Virus record (IMG/VR): IMGVR_UViG_3300033485_000002
Coordinates: 96,001 to 160,000 of that record
Strand: one strand, 5' to 3'
Length of the DNA: 64,000 bases
Source: a virus
Positions 44,656 through 56,100 of the stretch are shown here, one piece after another (position 1 is the first letter of the stretch; each line of letters starts with the position of its first letter). The notes under the pieces are model-generated. The model was not told the DNA's origin, ran no database searches, and worked only from the letters and a program-made list of their open reading frames with translations. The position numbers were made by a program, and so were the translations under genes.

Positions 44656-44943
44656 ATGTTTCGTGCCGCAATACCAGTTTTGGTTGTGCTGATTCCTTTG
44701 AATATGGTTGTTCTTATCTTCGGTTTCCGGTGGCTTGGTCGGATCTATAGTGCTCGGTTTGAAGCATTGACCGCTATTGTGACTGAAGCAGTGAACTATC
44801 AGCGGGCAGAGCTAGGGGCGTTTAAGGGACGATTTTTGAAAGAGGTCTTATCCCACGACCAAGCCTTTGATGAACTGGTAAATTTGAATGCCGAAGAGCT
44901 AGAAAGTGAAGGCAATGCCAATGGACATGAAAGCGATTCTTAA
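44656..44943 (+). CDS. Membrane-anchored hypothetical protein
   Basis: GAGGTG SD; N-terminal TM. Confidence 0.6.
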   Translation: MFRAAIPVLVVLIPLNMVVLIFGFRWLGRIYSARFEALTAIVTEAVNYQRAELGAFKGRFLKEVLSHDQAFDELVNLNAEELESEGNANGHESDS

Positions 44944-45763
44944 AAAGGAGTTGAACGACTTTTTGTTCGCCATAGCTGAAAGCTATGACGGGTTGGTAAT
45001 GTCAAACATCCCGGATGCAAGGTTCGAAAAGGTTGTTACGGAAATTCAAGCTGCACAGGATAAAACGCTAAATAAACTGATAGAGGTGTCCCGTCAGCTT
45101 GCAGACGAATCAGCGAAAGCGGTTATCTACCAGACTCATATGTCTGAGACCCCGAAAGAGTTAAAGGAAGTTGTGGAGGATATCGTGCCTAAACCAACGT
45201 TTCTAGGCCCTGCGCCTGCTCCTCCACGACAGGTGGCTGAGGACACCCCTCCTCAGATGAAACAGCTCTTAGAGGCAGCGGATAGGGTTTCTACCGGGGT
45301 GGGCGAGGCTCTTTTAGACTTTGGTGACGACGGGGAACTTGACCACGAACCGCCGACAATGACTCTGGCTGAAGAAAAACGAATTGAGGCAGGACTTCCT
45401 CGAAAGCTCTACCGGCCTCATATCCATGTGGACCACACTGGTCGTCAAGAAGTTTCTCCTAGTGGAAAAGGGTTAATCACGGCTCCTCCGCTGGCATCCT
45501 CTTCAGGAGCGGCTACACTTCCTGAAGTTTCATTACGCGCTCCATTGGCAGCTCGGGAACTCTTTGAACAGATTCGAGCCGTAGCAGGTCCACTGCTTCA
45601 GGAGCGGAATAACAAGTTTCGAGAGATCGGGTTTAAAATCATAGCTTTAACTGCACAGGGGTTAGCTTTAGATTATGCACTTCCTAGTTCTAGAGAGGTT
45701 ATAACCGAGGATATGGAGGTGACTGTAGAGCCGGTCCCTTTCGCGGAGAAGATCAATGCTTGA
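44906..45763 (+). CDS. Hypothetical protein (start uncertain)
   Basis: ORF track. Confidence 0.65.
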   Translation: MKAMPMDMKAILKKELNDFLFAIAESYDGLVMSNIPDARFEKVVTEIQAAQDKTLNKLIEVSRQLADESAKAVIYQTHMSETPKELKEVVEDIVPKPTFLGPAPAPPRQVAEDTPPQMKQLLEAADRVSTGVGEALLDFGDDGELDHEPPTMTLAEEKRIEAGLPRKLYRPHIHVDHTGRQEVSPSGKGLITAPPLASSSGAATLPEVSLRAPLAARELFEQIRAVAGPLLQERNNKFREIGFKIIALTAQGLALDYALPSSREVITEDMEVTVEPVPFAEKINA

Positions 45764-46070
45764 AGAGCGAATTTATCTCGTGGCAGTACTGGTGCATTTA
45801 TTGGGTGGACAAGATGTTGTGGCCATTGACGCAATTGAGGCGCTATCTCCGGAAACGGCTTCCAATACCGCTTACAATATGTTTCTACGAGCTGAAGGCC
45901 AAAGCATCGTTTTTGGGAGACAGGCTTTTTTCTCGGAAACAGTAGCCTCTTTTCAGGTTGAGGTACTTGCAGTAATTGACATCGAGGAAGAGGCTAATAA
46001 AGTGTGGAGACGCTCTATAGAAGTCTCGCGGGAGTTTTTCAAGAGAACAGAAGATGGCGAAAGAGACTGA
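45756..46070 (+). CDS. Hypothetical protein
   Basis: GGAG SD; overlaps both neighbours. Confidence 0.6.
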   Translation: MLEERIYLVAVLVHLLGGQDVVAIDAIEALSPETASNTAYNMFLRAEGQSIVFGRQAFFSETVASFQVEVLAVIDIEEEANKVWRRSIEVSREFFKRTEDGERD

Positions 46071-48129
46071 TATTTTCAAGGTTTTACCTTCTATCGACAT
46101 CAATCAGTTGATGTACGATGGGGGGGATAACGCGATTGTTTCCGAGCTGCTGACCTACCTTCAGCAGACCGGGGATACAGATATCTTGGATAGCATCTTC
46201 TATGAGGACTACGACGAGAAACCAGTATCCCCGCGTGAGTTTCTGAACTCCACCTACTATCTCGGGCCGTTTTGCTATTCGCTCTATCCCAGGTGGAAAG
46301 AAGAGCTGTTACGAGTGCTTGACCCGAGGAACGGTATTAACGAGTGGATCTTATACGGAAGTATCGGTACTGGGAAAACCTCGGCAGCATGCGTGGCTCA
46401 GCTTTATAAGCTCTATCTGTTGAGCTGCATGAAGTCTCCTCAGAAGCTATTTGGTTTGGCAGAGCACTTCCCGGTGTACTTTGCCTTCTTCTCGGTGACT
46501 AAGGGCAAAGCTGAGGATGCCATCAACGCCAAGTTCCAGAGCATGATGAACATGTCCCCGTACTTCCGGGAGAAGCTCGAAAAGAACCCGCGTAAGGTCT
46601 TCCTCCAGGGTGCGGCGAACCTGTTTGGCGCAGGATATCGAGAACACCCTAAAAAAGACGATCTGTTCGAGTTGACCCTTCCCCATAACCTGCACCTGCT
46701 CTTTGGCTCTCAGACGCAGCACGCGCTCTCCCTGGACGTGTTTTCGGCCACTCTGGATGAGATGAACTTCCGTGCCAAAAAGTCGATTCGTGAAGAAGAG
46801 GACGAGAACTCGGCGAAATCGCTGTACCATCAAGTCCGGACCCGTATCGAGTCTCGGTTCAAGCAAGCAGGGTTCAATGCGGGGCTGCTGATCAATATTT
46901 CATCGGCACGTTCTTCTGACTCTTTCGTCGAGATGCGGATGCAAGAAGTCCGGGATCGGGCTGTCAATAACGTCCATATCTCTGACTTTGCCTTGTGGGA
47001 TGTGAAACCCGGACGGTATGGAGCTAAGCGGTTTCGGGTTTTCGTAAGTTCTGGGTTCCGTTCTTCCCGGATCTTGGATAAGAATGAGGCTGTCCCAGAT
47101 TTACGCGAGGGGGAGCGGATCATCGAGGTGCCTGAAACGTTTCGAGAGTCGTTCGAAACTAGTCTGGATGCATCAATTCGTGATCTTGCCGGAGTGGCAA
47201 CCGCAGCCGTCAACAAGCTGTTCCGTCGTCGAGAAGTTATCAAATTGGCCGATGGTGTCTATCCAAACCCCATCCAACCAGAAACTATCGAGATCGGGCT
47301 GCGGACTGGGCTGGAGATCTCCGATTTCTTCGATGTGGATGAAGTCAGCCGGTACGATAACATTCAACGGCACCTACACCATTACCCTCGGGCAGGACGG
47401 TTTGTACACGTAGACTTGGCTCGTCGTGGAGACTGTGTCGGGATCACATCGTTATGTGTCCCATTCTATTATGAGAAACATTCTCCACATACCGACAACA
47501 ACGTTGAAGATGTTGTACTGAAGCTCCCATTTGTCTTTGTAGACTTCGTGTGCCGGATCAAAGCTCCGAAGATGGACGAGATCAGCTTCGAGAAGGTACG
47601 ACAGTTCCTCGTTTGGCTGAGGGATAACGTGGGGTATCCGGTTGTGCGGATTTCCTATGACTCTTGGCAGTCGATCCACTCGATTCAGCTTCTCCAGGAA
47701 AATGGTTTCGAAACTGAAACAATCTCGGTGGACAAGACGGATGAACCGTATATGGAGCTGTTGAACGCTTTTACGGAACACCGGCTCATGAAACCGCCAC
47801 ACTCTATTTTGGACGAGGAGTTGAAGAACCTGGAGCACGACATCTTGGCTGCAAAGGGGCAGGTAGACCACCCAGTTGGCCAATCGAAAGACGTGGCTGA
47901 CTCATTAGCGGGGGCCTACCAGAACGCCCTAGAGTACATCCATAAGAACGGGTTTGGCGCGATCGGTTCCCAACTTGTTCAGGAAGCGATTCTTCCGGGG
48001 TTGTTTGCTAAGCACCCGAAGGAAATCAAAGCTGCTAAGCTATCGAAAGAGATGGGGTATTCAGAACCGGTGTACTTCGAAGATAATTATGATGGAAGGT
48101 TTTACGGAACAGGTCGAACCATCCGTTGA
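46054..48129 (+). CDS. terL: Terminase large subunit
   Basis: Walker A GSIGTGKT, Walker B ATLDE, motif III ISSA, RNase H-like nuclease VHVDLA..GD, SYDSWQS, VDHP..QSKDVADSLAGA. Confidence 0.93.
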   Translation: MAKETDIFKVLPSIDINQLMYDGGDNAIVSELLTYLQQTGDTDILDSIFYEDYDEKPVSPREFLNSTYYLGPFCYSLYPRWKEELLRVLDPRNGINEWILYGSIGTGKTSAACVAQLYKLYLLSCMKSPQKLFGLAEHFPVYFAFFSVTKGKAEDAINAKFQSMMNMSPYFREKLEKNPRKVFLQGAANLFGAGYREHPKKDDLFELTLPHNLHLLFGSQTQHALSLDVFSATLDEMNFRAKKSIREEEDENSAKSLYHQVRTRIESRFKQAGFNAGLLINISSARSSDSFVEMRMQEVRDRAVNNVHISDFALWDVKPGRYGAKRFRVFVSSGFRSSRILDKNEAVPDLREGERIIEVPETFRESFETSLDASIRDLAGVATAAVNKLFRRREVIKLADGVYPNPIQPETIEIGLRTGLEISDFFDVDEVSRYDNIQRHLHHYPRAGRFVHVDLARRGDCVGITSLCVPFYYEKHSPHTDNNVEDVVLKLPFVFVDFVCRIKAPKMDEISFEKVRQFLVWLRDNVGYPVVRISYDSWQSIHSIQLLQENGFETETISVDKTDEPYMELLNAFTEHRLMKPPHSILDEELKNLEHDILAAKGQVDHPVGQSKDVADSLAGAYQNALEYIHKNGFGAIGSQLVQEAILPGLFAKHPKEIKAAKLSKEMGYSEPVYFEDNYDGRFYGTGRTIR

Positions 48130-48180
48130 TATTGGAACAATGCTTTATTGGAGTGACTCGTAAGAGTTGGAGGTTTGATT

Positions 48181-48531
48181 ATGAGCTTTCGTGATGAGGT
48201 GGCCACATATATCGAGCAGATGCTTGTCGAGGGGGTTCTTCCGGATTCCGACTTTGTGTTGGAGATGGAAGTCCCTGGTCAACAGCCTGGACCGCAAGCG
48301 AGTGGTGATGAGGGTGGGCCGAAGAGTGCTCCATCGGCCACTTTTCCGTGGATGGGGTCAGATCGCCCTCCGGTATTTAATGCCCCTGGACGAGTGATCC
48401 CCCCGGCAGCGTTTTCACAGCAGAACGCTCAGCATCCTCCGGCCATGTTCAGCGGAGCGTCTCAGGGCATGAAGGAAGAGGCGATTGCTGCTGTCCTGGC
48501 TGACCTGGAAGCTCTTCAGGCTGATGAATAG
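48181..48531 (+). CDS. Acidic/Pro-rich hypothetical head-region protein
   Basis: GGAGG SD; IEQMLVE leader. Confidence 0.65.
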   Translation: MSFRDEVATYIEQMLVEGVLPDSDFVLEMEVPGQQPGPQASGDEGGPKSAPSATFPWMGSDRPPVFNAPGRVIPPAAFSQQNAQHPPAMFSGASQGMKEEAIAAVLADLEALQADE

Positions 48532-48543
48532 GGAGGTTGCCTC

Positions 48544-49638
48544 ATGGCAACCTTAAAGAGCCGCGCTCAGCATAAGCTGTTCGCTATGCGGGAGAAGGTG
48601 CGCTTAGACCCTTTGAGTATTGGTGACGCTTATTCTGTAGCGTTGACCGTGATGCGTTCCTTGTGCCCCCAGTTATTACGGGCAGCGGAAGAGTCCAAAA
48701 AGGCAAAGAAAACAGCGCCTACTCATGATGTGGCAACCTTCACGAGTACTGTGTTGTCTGTTATCGAGCATCGAGATGGCAGCATTTATGCTGCTTTTGT
48801 TACTGCCGTGGACTCAAAGCGGATCTTCCATGGGGATCGGTTTGCTGTGTCCTTGGCTCGTTTAGGCATTACGGACGAGCTACAGAGCAAGCTTCATACG
48901 AATGGATTCCCGGATATTGCTGAAATAGTAGCTTACAAGGCTCCTTGGTTCTGGGCACAGTATACCGCACAGGAGCTGCTCACGGTTCGCAATGAAGTTA
49001 GCACTGTGGTAACGCGGGTAATATCGCGCTTTACTGAGTCTATCACTACAGAAGATATCAATGAGCTGTTAGAGGCTCAGCTTTTTCCACAAGTAGGGGT
49101 AACCAACTCTTACAGAGTCAAACTTGCTACAGCCGCTGATGCGCTTGATGTTACAGGTAGCCCAGAAGCTGCGTATCTACATCTTTTCCGGCAGTTGGCC
49201 CGTTCTCCGCGTGTTGTCTTACTGGACCAAAGTAGCAGCTTAGACGGTGTGTTTGAAACCTTTCATCAGCATTTGATGACGGATGTAGTGGCGCTACAGC
49301 GGTTGCTCCCTGGGGCCAAGTTTGGGGGGAAGCAGATTACCCCTTCTAAGCTCCAACAGATGTTCAAAGATCCGCAGTTTACTCGGCGTTTGAAGCAAGC
49401 GTTCGAGAATGCCTATGACGTGACTCAGCATGATATCTCGATGGATAAGCTCTACCGGTCTATGCAGAAGTATAGTGTCTATACTGAGCTGGCACGAGCT
49501 GCTCGGGTCAAGGCAAACATCAAGCTCGATAGTAGTGCTGTTGATGCCATAGTTGGGGGTATTGTCGGCCTTTTCTTTGCTTTTGCAGGTGACATGAAGG
49601 GGCAATCTTTCCCACTTATGAAGACGTTTAAGGGGTAG
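48544..49638 (+). CDS. Hypothetical head-region protein (contains INELLEA motif)
   Basis: GGAGG SD; between TerL and portal. Confidence 0.7.
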   Translation: MATLKSRAQHKLFAMREKVRLDPLSIGDAYSVALTVMRSLCPQLLRAAEESKKAKKTAPTHDVATFTSTVLSVIEHRDGSIYAAFVTAVDSKRIFHGDRFAVSLARLGITDELQSKLHTNGFPDIAEIVAYKAPWFWAQYTAQELLTVRNEVSTVVTRVISRFTESITTEDINELLEAQLFPQVGVTNSYRVKLATAADALDVTGSPEAAYLHLFRQLARSPRVVLLDQSSSLDGVFETFHQHLMTDVVALQRLLPGAKFGGKQITPSKLQQMFKDPQFTRRLKQAFENAYDVTQHDISMDKLYRSMQKYSVYTELARAARVKANIKLDSSAVDAIVGGIVGLFFAFAGDMKGQSFPLMKTFKG

Positions 49639-49641
49639 CTA

Positions 49642-51414
49642 ATGGCTTCGCCGCTTGTAAATGGTTTGATGCGTCTGACTCGGTTGGACAAGATTCTCCA
49701 GCAGGAGATGGCGGTACGCGCCCAACTTGGCGGTATCCCCACGCAGATGGCAGGGAGCGATGATCTAGTTGGCGATTTGGCTGTTATTGAGGAAGCCCTC
49801 AGCCAGTTCAACATGATCACCCGCATGCACCGTGAACGACGGTTGCGGTACCAAGATTATGACGCCATGGACAACTATGGTGATGTGTCGGTTGCCTTGG
49901 ATATCTATGCGGAAGAAGCTACCCAAACTGATCTGATGCAAGAGACCAATCTGTGGATTACCGGGGAACAGCGAGATGATGTCGAGGAGATGGTTCAGCG
50001 GTTGCACCTGCGGACCATGGTCCAAGGGTTTGCTCGACAGCTTGCCAAGTATGGAGATGTGTTTCAAAGCTTACGGTACAACTATGAAGGGTTGGACCGG
50101 ATTCTGTATCTTCCCCCACAGTATGTCCATCGGATCGGTCCTAGCATTGACCTTGTGAAGTTCTTCAAGATTGACTCCCAGTTAGGCAAGGTTTCTCCCC
50201 GAGGGGATAACCTCCTTCTGCCGTGGGAGTGTGCTCACTTCCGCATCCTGTCTTTTGGGTTTTCGGTTCTGTATGGTCGCTCGATGTTGGAGCCTGCCCG
50301 TAAGCGGTGGCTTCATCTTAAACTGCTTGAAGATGCCGTTGCTATCTATCGTTTGAATCGGGCTGTTGAGCGGTTGATTTTCTATGTGGACGTTGGTGCG
50401 GCTTCGCCGCAGGAAGCGCTCCGCATGGTTAACCAGTACAAGCGGAAGTTCGGGAACAAGCGGTCGTACATCGATCCTTCGACGAGCACGTTCGAGCAGC
50501 AGTATGATCCGACCAACATGTTGGAGAACATCTTCTGGCCGGTGAACAGTGCTACGGAGCGTTCTCGGATCGAAAAGCTCGCTCCTCCTCCGGACCAAGG
50601 ACAGCTCCAGGATCTAGCCCACTTTAACGAGAAGCTCTACGTTGCGCTCGGTATCCCGCGTGACTTTCTAACAGGGGAAACGACTGGTACCTGGAATAGC
50701 CGGGAGTCTCTGGCTCTTCAGGACATTCGGTTCTCTCGTAAGCTGCACCGGTTGCAAACGGCGTTACTAGAGGGGCTGGAGATGTTGGCCCGGTTCCACC
50801 TTGCTGTGAAGTACGGTAGTGCGGAGCAAGCTCAGGAAGCTGATTTCCAGATTCATCTTGCCGACGTATCCAAGATTGCCCGTCAGCAGTATGACCAGAT
50901 TGTCCTGAACCGAGTACAGATGATGACCATGTTGAATGACATGGGCACTCAGATGAACTTCAATCGGGAAGTGTGGGTGAAGTGGATCCTGGCGAACTAC
51001 TTCCCGGATCTCCCGAAGGAGATGATCGAGCAGTTGGTTGTGCCGGATGCCGCTTTGGCACAAGCGCATCAAGAGATGGCTGATATGGCACGGCCAGTTA
51101 TGGCTCCTCCGCAGGCTGCGTCAGCGAAATCTAAACCTAAACCTAAAGCGAAGACAGCCAAAAAGAAGACCCATGAGGAGATTATCGAGGGTGTAGTTGA
51201 TAGGCTGCTTCAGCGAAATGTAGTTGAGGAAGATATCAATAGCATCGGGGATATCCTCGCTAATTGGCAGCCTGCGGATTTATCTATGACTTTGTTAGAG
51301 TCTGAGCGGCATCAGATCCCGGTTGAATGGCTCGAAGGTGCAGCGCAGCAATATAGTCGTTCATCTAATGCCCCCATCAAGAAGATCACAGAGACTGAAC
51401 TTCTCGTGGAGTAG
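49642..51414 (+). CDS. Portal protein, T4 gp20-like
   Basis: RYQDYDAMD...ALDIYAEE; HFR...YGRSMLEPARK.W..LKLLEDA..IYRL.RA.ERLIFYVDVG; LY.ALGIP; LALQDIRFSR. Confidence 0.93.
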   Translation: MASPLVNGLMRLTRLDKILQQEMAVRAQLGGIPTQMAGSDDLVGDLAVIEEALSQFNMITRMHRERRLRYQDYDAMDNYGDVSVALDIYAEEATQTDLMQETNLWITGEQRDDVEEMVQRLHLRTMVQGFARQLAKYGDVFQSLRYNYEGLDRILYLPPQYVHRIGPSIDLVKFFKIDSQLGKVSPRGDNLLLPWECAHFRILSFGFSVLYGRSMLEPARKRWLHLKLLEDAVAIYRLNRAVERLIFYVDVGAASPQEALRMVNQYKRKFGNKRSYIDPSTSTFEQQYDPTNMLENIFWPVNSATERSRIEKLAPPPDQGQLQDLAHFNEKLYVALGIPRDFLTGETTGTWNSRESLALQDIRFSRKLHRLQTALLEGLEMLARFHLAVKYGSAEQAQEADFQIHLADVSKIARQQYDQIVLNRVQMMTMLNDMGTQMNFNREVWVKWILANYFPDLPKEMIEQLVVPDAALAQAHQEMADMARPVMAPPQAASAKSKPKPKAKTAKKKTHEEIIEGVVDRLLQRNVVEEDINSIGDILANWQPADLSMTLLESERHQIPVEWLEGAAQQYSRSSNAPIKKITETELLVE

Positions 51415-51429
51415 TTCCAATGGAGGATA

Positions 51430-51783
51430 GTGGTGTCCGTTACCTTTCAGAAGTTGGCTACTCGTATCCAAGCTGACGTTGAGAACAACCCGGCTATTCC
51501 CCGTCTTACCCAAGCTCAAATCATGCTGTTGATGAATCGGATGTTCGAACAAGTCAGCATAGCTTTGGCGAATGGTGAAGATGTTTATTTAGAGGGGTTT
51601 GGTCGTTTTTACCCGGATTGTAAGCCACCGCGTAAAGTGCGCTCAGGGCTGACTTCCGAAGTACATACAACACGATTCAAGATTTTTGTTCGCTTTAACC
51701 CATTCAAGGAGCTGAACCACCGGGTTCAAAAGTTCCTGGAGCAACTTGGTATCACTGAGGAGGACTTTAATGGACAACCCTAA
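51430..51783 (+). CDS. HU/IHF-family DNA-binding protein
   Basis: ALANGEDVYLEGFGRF.....PRKVR...T.E.......VRFNPFKEL. Confidence 0.85.
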   Translation: MVSVTFQKLATRIQADVENNPAIPRLTQAQIMLLMNRMFEQVSIALANGEDVYLEGFGRFYPDCKPPRKVRSGLTSEVHTTRFKIFVRFNPFKELNHRVQKFLEQLGITEEDFNGQP

Positions 51784-51952
51784 GCTCCCGCATCTCCGAA
51801 CTCCCCCGGAAGAGGATGAGCCGTTCGAGAACATGGATCGCGAGATGGCGAAGCATTTTAAGCACACGCATCCTCACTACAACGAGAACGACTGGTACGG
51901 CAACAAGGCCCCAGAGACGGATGACGACAAGGACGATGCAGACGCTTCTTGA
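51770..51952 (+). CDS. Small acidic hypothetical protein
   Basis: GAGGAGG SD, ATG 51770. Confidence 0.55.
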   Translation: MDNPKLPHLRTPPEEDEPFENMDREMAKHFKHTHPHYNENDWYGNKAPETDDDKDDADAS

Positions 51953-52703
51953 AGCCAAGAACATCGGTGACCATGCTAGGGCACAGAACCCCTGGCGGCA
52001 CCATGCTCTGGTTTCAACGATTCAAGCTGCCTTACGTCCAGGCCATCAGCAGACGCTACAGGACGTAGGGCAGCGTTTCGTTTATCCGGAGTTTGCCCGT
52101 CTTGAGGCACAGTTTCGTCGTGAATTGCTCGATGTCTTCACGAATATTAGCCAAAATCAAGAGTTGACGAACCGGCGTATGAAGGGCATCTTCCGCCGCT
52201 TCTACACCCAAGCCTTTCAGCTCGGGATGAAGGCTATGAAGGGGCATACGCTCACAACCACCTTACCCAAGATGAACGATGAGGACAAACGGTGGTTAGA
52301 GACGTTTCTCCAGAAGGAGTTCAACTTCTGGAAGAACTTCATGGACGCGGTACGCAAAGGGACCACCAAGATGGACCCTAAGCGTCGGGTGGAGATGTAT
52401 GTGCAGAGCCTGAAGGCGATGTACAACACATCCCGAGTGCTTGTGACGGCTCCTTCTACGTTGTTCTACTGGGAGACGACTCCGTCTGAGCACTGTAAAC
52501 ATTGCTTGTACCTCGCGTCGAAAAGTCCGTTCACCAAAGCGAATTTACCGACAATCCCTGCGAGTGGCGATACCCAATGTAGGAGCAATTGCCGTTGTCA
52601 TCTGAGGATTGCCCAGACTTCGGTGCTTGACTATCAACGTGTGAAGAAAAATGCTCCAACTCGGGAGGAACTGCTCCGAGGGTTGCAGGCCCTAAAAGGG
52701 TAA
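51936..52703 (+). CDS. Head morphogenesis protein, MuF/SPP1 gp7-like
   Basis: MQTLLEA leader; W.....EHCKHCL.LA..SPFT..NLPTIP.SGDTQCRSNCRCHL. Confidence 0.75.
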   Translation: MQTLLEAKNIGDHARAQNPWRHHALVSTIQAALRPGHQQTLQDVGQRFVYPEFARLEAQFRRELLDVFTNISQNQELTNRRMKGIFRRFYTQAFQLGMKAMKGHTLTTTLPKMNDEDKRWLETFLQKEFNFWKNFMDAVRKGTTKMDPKRRVEMYVQSLKAMYNTSRVLVTAPSTLFYWETTPSEHCKHCLYLASKSPFTKANLPTIPASGDTQCRSNCRCHLRIAQTSVLDYQRVKKNAPTREELLRGLQALKG

Positions 52704-52737
52704 GCTTTGGGATTCATTAGATGATAGGAGTCGGAAT

Positions 52738-53112
52738 ATGGACTTTCTACACATATTAGACGAATTTATCGAAGATACCTTGACCTCGGGGTTCACCGAG
52801 GAACAGATCGCGAAGATGCTTTTGGAGGAAGACCGTTTACTCCAAGAAGGGGATAAGTTCCTCCCGATCATTGAAGCAGTTCATCGTGTTCGGCGTACGA
52901 TTAGTGGGGTTCGAATTACTACTCGTAAATTTGGGCGGAAAGATCCTCGGCGCTCTCAGCTTATGAAACGTGTTGCACGGACACATCGAGCAAGTCGATT
53001 GATGGCAGCACGGAAATATCAGCGTTCTCCCAAGGCTAAGAGAGTACGGCGTATTGTGATGCAACGACGACGGACAATGCACCCTATGCCTTCTCGTTAC
53101 GGGCGGCGGTGA
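52738..53112 (+). CDS. Prohead core protein, T4 gp68-like architecture
   Basis: Acidic N-half with L/I-x-E sites (MLLEE, LLQE, IIE), Arg/Lys-rich C-half; downstream of portal. Confidence 0.6.
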   Translation: MDFLHILDEFIEDTLTSGFTEEQIAKMLLEEDRLLQEGDKFLPIIEAVHRVRRTISGVRITTRKFGRKDPRRSQLMKRVARTHRASRLMAARKYQRSPKAKRVRRIVMQRRRTMHPMPSRYGRR

Positions 53113-53115
53113 AGC

Positions 53116-56100
53116 ATGTTTGGACCGTACGCCAATCTCGAAGAGCTGTTGGAGGCTACAAAAACTCCTCCGACAGGGCAAGCAGCAGCAAAAGTCATTG
53201 CGCCTTTCGCTAAGAACAGTAAGCCTAAGATGAATTGGAAACCTTTCGATACTATCGAGGTTTACAAGAAGTTTAGAGAAGCTTACACCCAGGATGAAGA
53301 TCAACTTCGTTCTATCGCTAAGAACAATTTTGTCGCGAAGGCTATATTACAGGCATTTTTAGTCCAGGAGTTTCCATTAAAAGTTTACGTACAGGGAATT
53401 CCTGATGGTAATATGCCTGAGCAAATTTCACGACAATTTGCGTTTGCCTTAACTCGCCAAACATACGAAAAGGTCATTACTTCAGCTATCAGTAGGGGGC
53501 ATTTGGTCCGCTACTTTTATGTCTATCTTGTTGGTGGTTTAGACCGTGCTGCATGGGATACTATTGTAAACCAAGTTTGGACACGGTGTGAAGAATTTAT
53601 TGCGAACAAGTCGAGTAAGGAAACCGTTGCACACTATCTCAAGGAAATAACCTCAGATATTAAGTCTAAGTATTGGAAAGAGCAGATCTTAGGGGTTATC
53701 AAATACCGTGTCCATGAAGCATCTACTCCGGGAGGGCATGCCCCTACCGAGTTGGTTCTGACTGTTGAGCACGAAGACCCCCCGTTCGAGTACGCTAGCG
53801 GTGAGCGTAGGAACGCTTTAACTGCCAGTGACTATCAACACCTAATGCAGACTCCGATCAGGAGCAATCAACCAGATGTTCGGCTTGCGTTACACAAGCT
53901 CTATACCGCCTATGCTTGGGATCTTTTTGACGAGTTTGTGAAAAGAGAGGCCACAGGCCCAGAAAAACTCATTGGGAGTTTGCTCAAACAAGCTCCTTTA
54001 CGCCATCAATATGACGCTGTAGTTCATCCAGATAGAAAGCGTGTAGCTCCTCCGGGTGAAATGAAGAGAGATACGGGGGAACATCCTTTTCGAGGATTTG
54101 CTGAGGGGAGAAGTAAGGTAGTCGGTTCGATCAAAAGTAGTGAGTATCGTTTCGATACTGTAACGGCAGATCCTGCGTACCGAGCATGGTTACAGTCAGA
54201 CGGCTCAGTCAAGAAACCGGAGAAACAACCGGTAGACCAGCGTGATTTTAACACCTTTTTCCCTGTGGCACCGGTTGCTCCGTTATTGGAAAATGCTCAT
54301 TACAAGATTACATTCGGTATCCATTATGACAATCCACTATTGAGTAGGGATTCACGGGGCCAAACTTATTGGTATGCGAATCGGAGTCAGTTTCTTCAAG
54401 CAGCATACCAATACGCGGTAATGACCGGAGATCGGCCTACTATCGCCTTTTTCATTACTAGTAAGCTTGGTAGTAACGCAAACGAAATCATGTCCGAAAA
54501 TGAACTTAGCAAGCATCATGCAGGACCAGAAGCTAGGGATATTATCAAGCAAAAAGATGATCTTGTCCTGGCTTTCTGGCGGCATGCAGATCAGGGACAA
54601 CGAGCTTTCCCAATTCTTATTGCAAAATGGTTCGGTGTCTCTCCGGACAAGTATGTAGTCCCTTACAACCCGAATAAGGACGTACCGGAGAATATCGACC
54701 CGGCTGACTGGCACAAGTATCGGGCATGGGTGCAGAAAACTGCCAGTACCAAACTCGGGTTGAACTTGTCGTCACTGCACGACATGTCGGCCAAAGACAA
54801 AGAGACGATGCTCAAGCTTCAACAGCACCCACCGGGGCGGGATCATATCGCGGGTGCTATGGCGTTGAATCGGACTCGTAAGTTCACAGGTGAGCGGGAT
54901 GAGAAAGGTAACCCGATTGAACCGTGGGGGGTCTATCTCATTCAGTACGCGCTGGCATACGGGATGTCAGATGCGGCAGCTACGCCAACGTTTATGGTTC
55001 CGATCAATGTGATCAAGTCCACCAAGGGAACTATCCCTCCTCATCGGACACTTACGAAGGTTCTTCGTAACGATTTGGAGAAGCTGTTACGGACTCATTG
55101 GCCGGATTACAAGGTCACGAACCCGAGATACTCTACGGGGAAGCGTGCGCCACTGTCAGATTGGAAGTTCATTGCGGGTAACCCGGCGCTGCCGTTTCCT
55201 TACCCTCGGTTAGTTCGGCCTCTTCCTCTGGCCGATGCTGAAGTTCGGGATAAGCTCAATGCTAAGTACCCGAATAACGTTCGCCGCACAACCCATGGCT
55301 TTCAGATTGACGGTGTCACGTACGATGCTTTCGTGATGCTTGTGGCGATGCCGCCATCTGTTGTAGAGAAGGAGTTCAACCTTCTGAAACGGGATGGAAC
55401 TGCCCGTCAACTCATCTCCGATCCTACAATGTTGAGCCGATTGAAGGGAGCTGGTAGCCCTAGAGAGATGTTAAAGCGGGTTAAAAGTAAGGGGCTGCCT
55501 GATGAGCATCCAGAGAATATTAAGGGGGAAGGCACTCTCAAGCAGATGGGGCTGATGCCTCGTTCTATGGGAGTGCAGTTCATGACGAACCCGTACGAGA
55601 AAGCCTCTCAAGAGGTAGATCCGTTCAAGTTATTGAACATGGAGAAAGCGACTCCGCTTGGTCCAGAATATTACTTATCCCAGATCGGTGAACGGTGGAA
55701 ACCAAAGATTACGACGATCCTTACGGATGCGGGAAACGTAGCTTACCGGGCTGTGACTGGATTTGAGCACGAACAAAGCCCGGAGAAGCGTAAGGAGATG
55801 TACGCTAATTGGTTGAAGGCAGTGGCTTTGAACATGGAGAAGTCCGAAGACGCTTTAACCCAGCTCTTAAAGGATGTCGTAGCCGCCGTAGACTTAGAGC
55901 ACCGTACGACGGGTTCGGATATGGCACGGCGTCAACAACTCTATTTGGACTATGTGCGCCGGGAGACGGCAGCAGGTGGAGCGTACAAGGAACCGCAGCT
56001 TATCTACAAGATTAAGATGACTGAGTTCCAGGCTCCGATCGGGTCTACAGGATTTCGGAATATCTTCTTGACGATCAAGGCTCCTTCGGAAGATATCGCC

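Noticed and set aside
46054-51414. Intein or intron in TerL or portal
   Set aside because: Motifs are collinear at normal spacing; no intein splice-junction or LAGLIDADG signatures noticed
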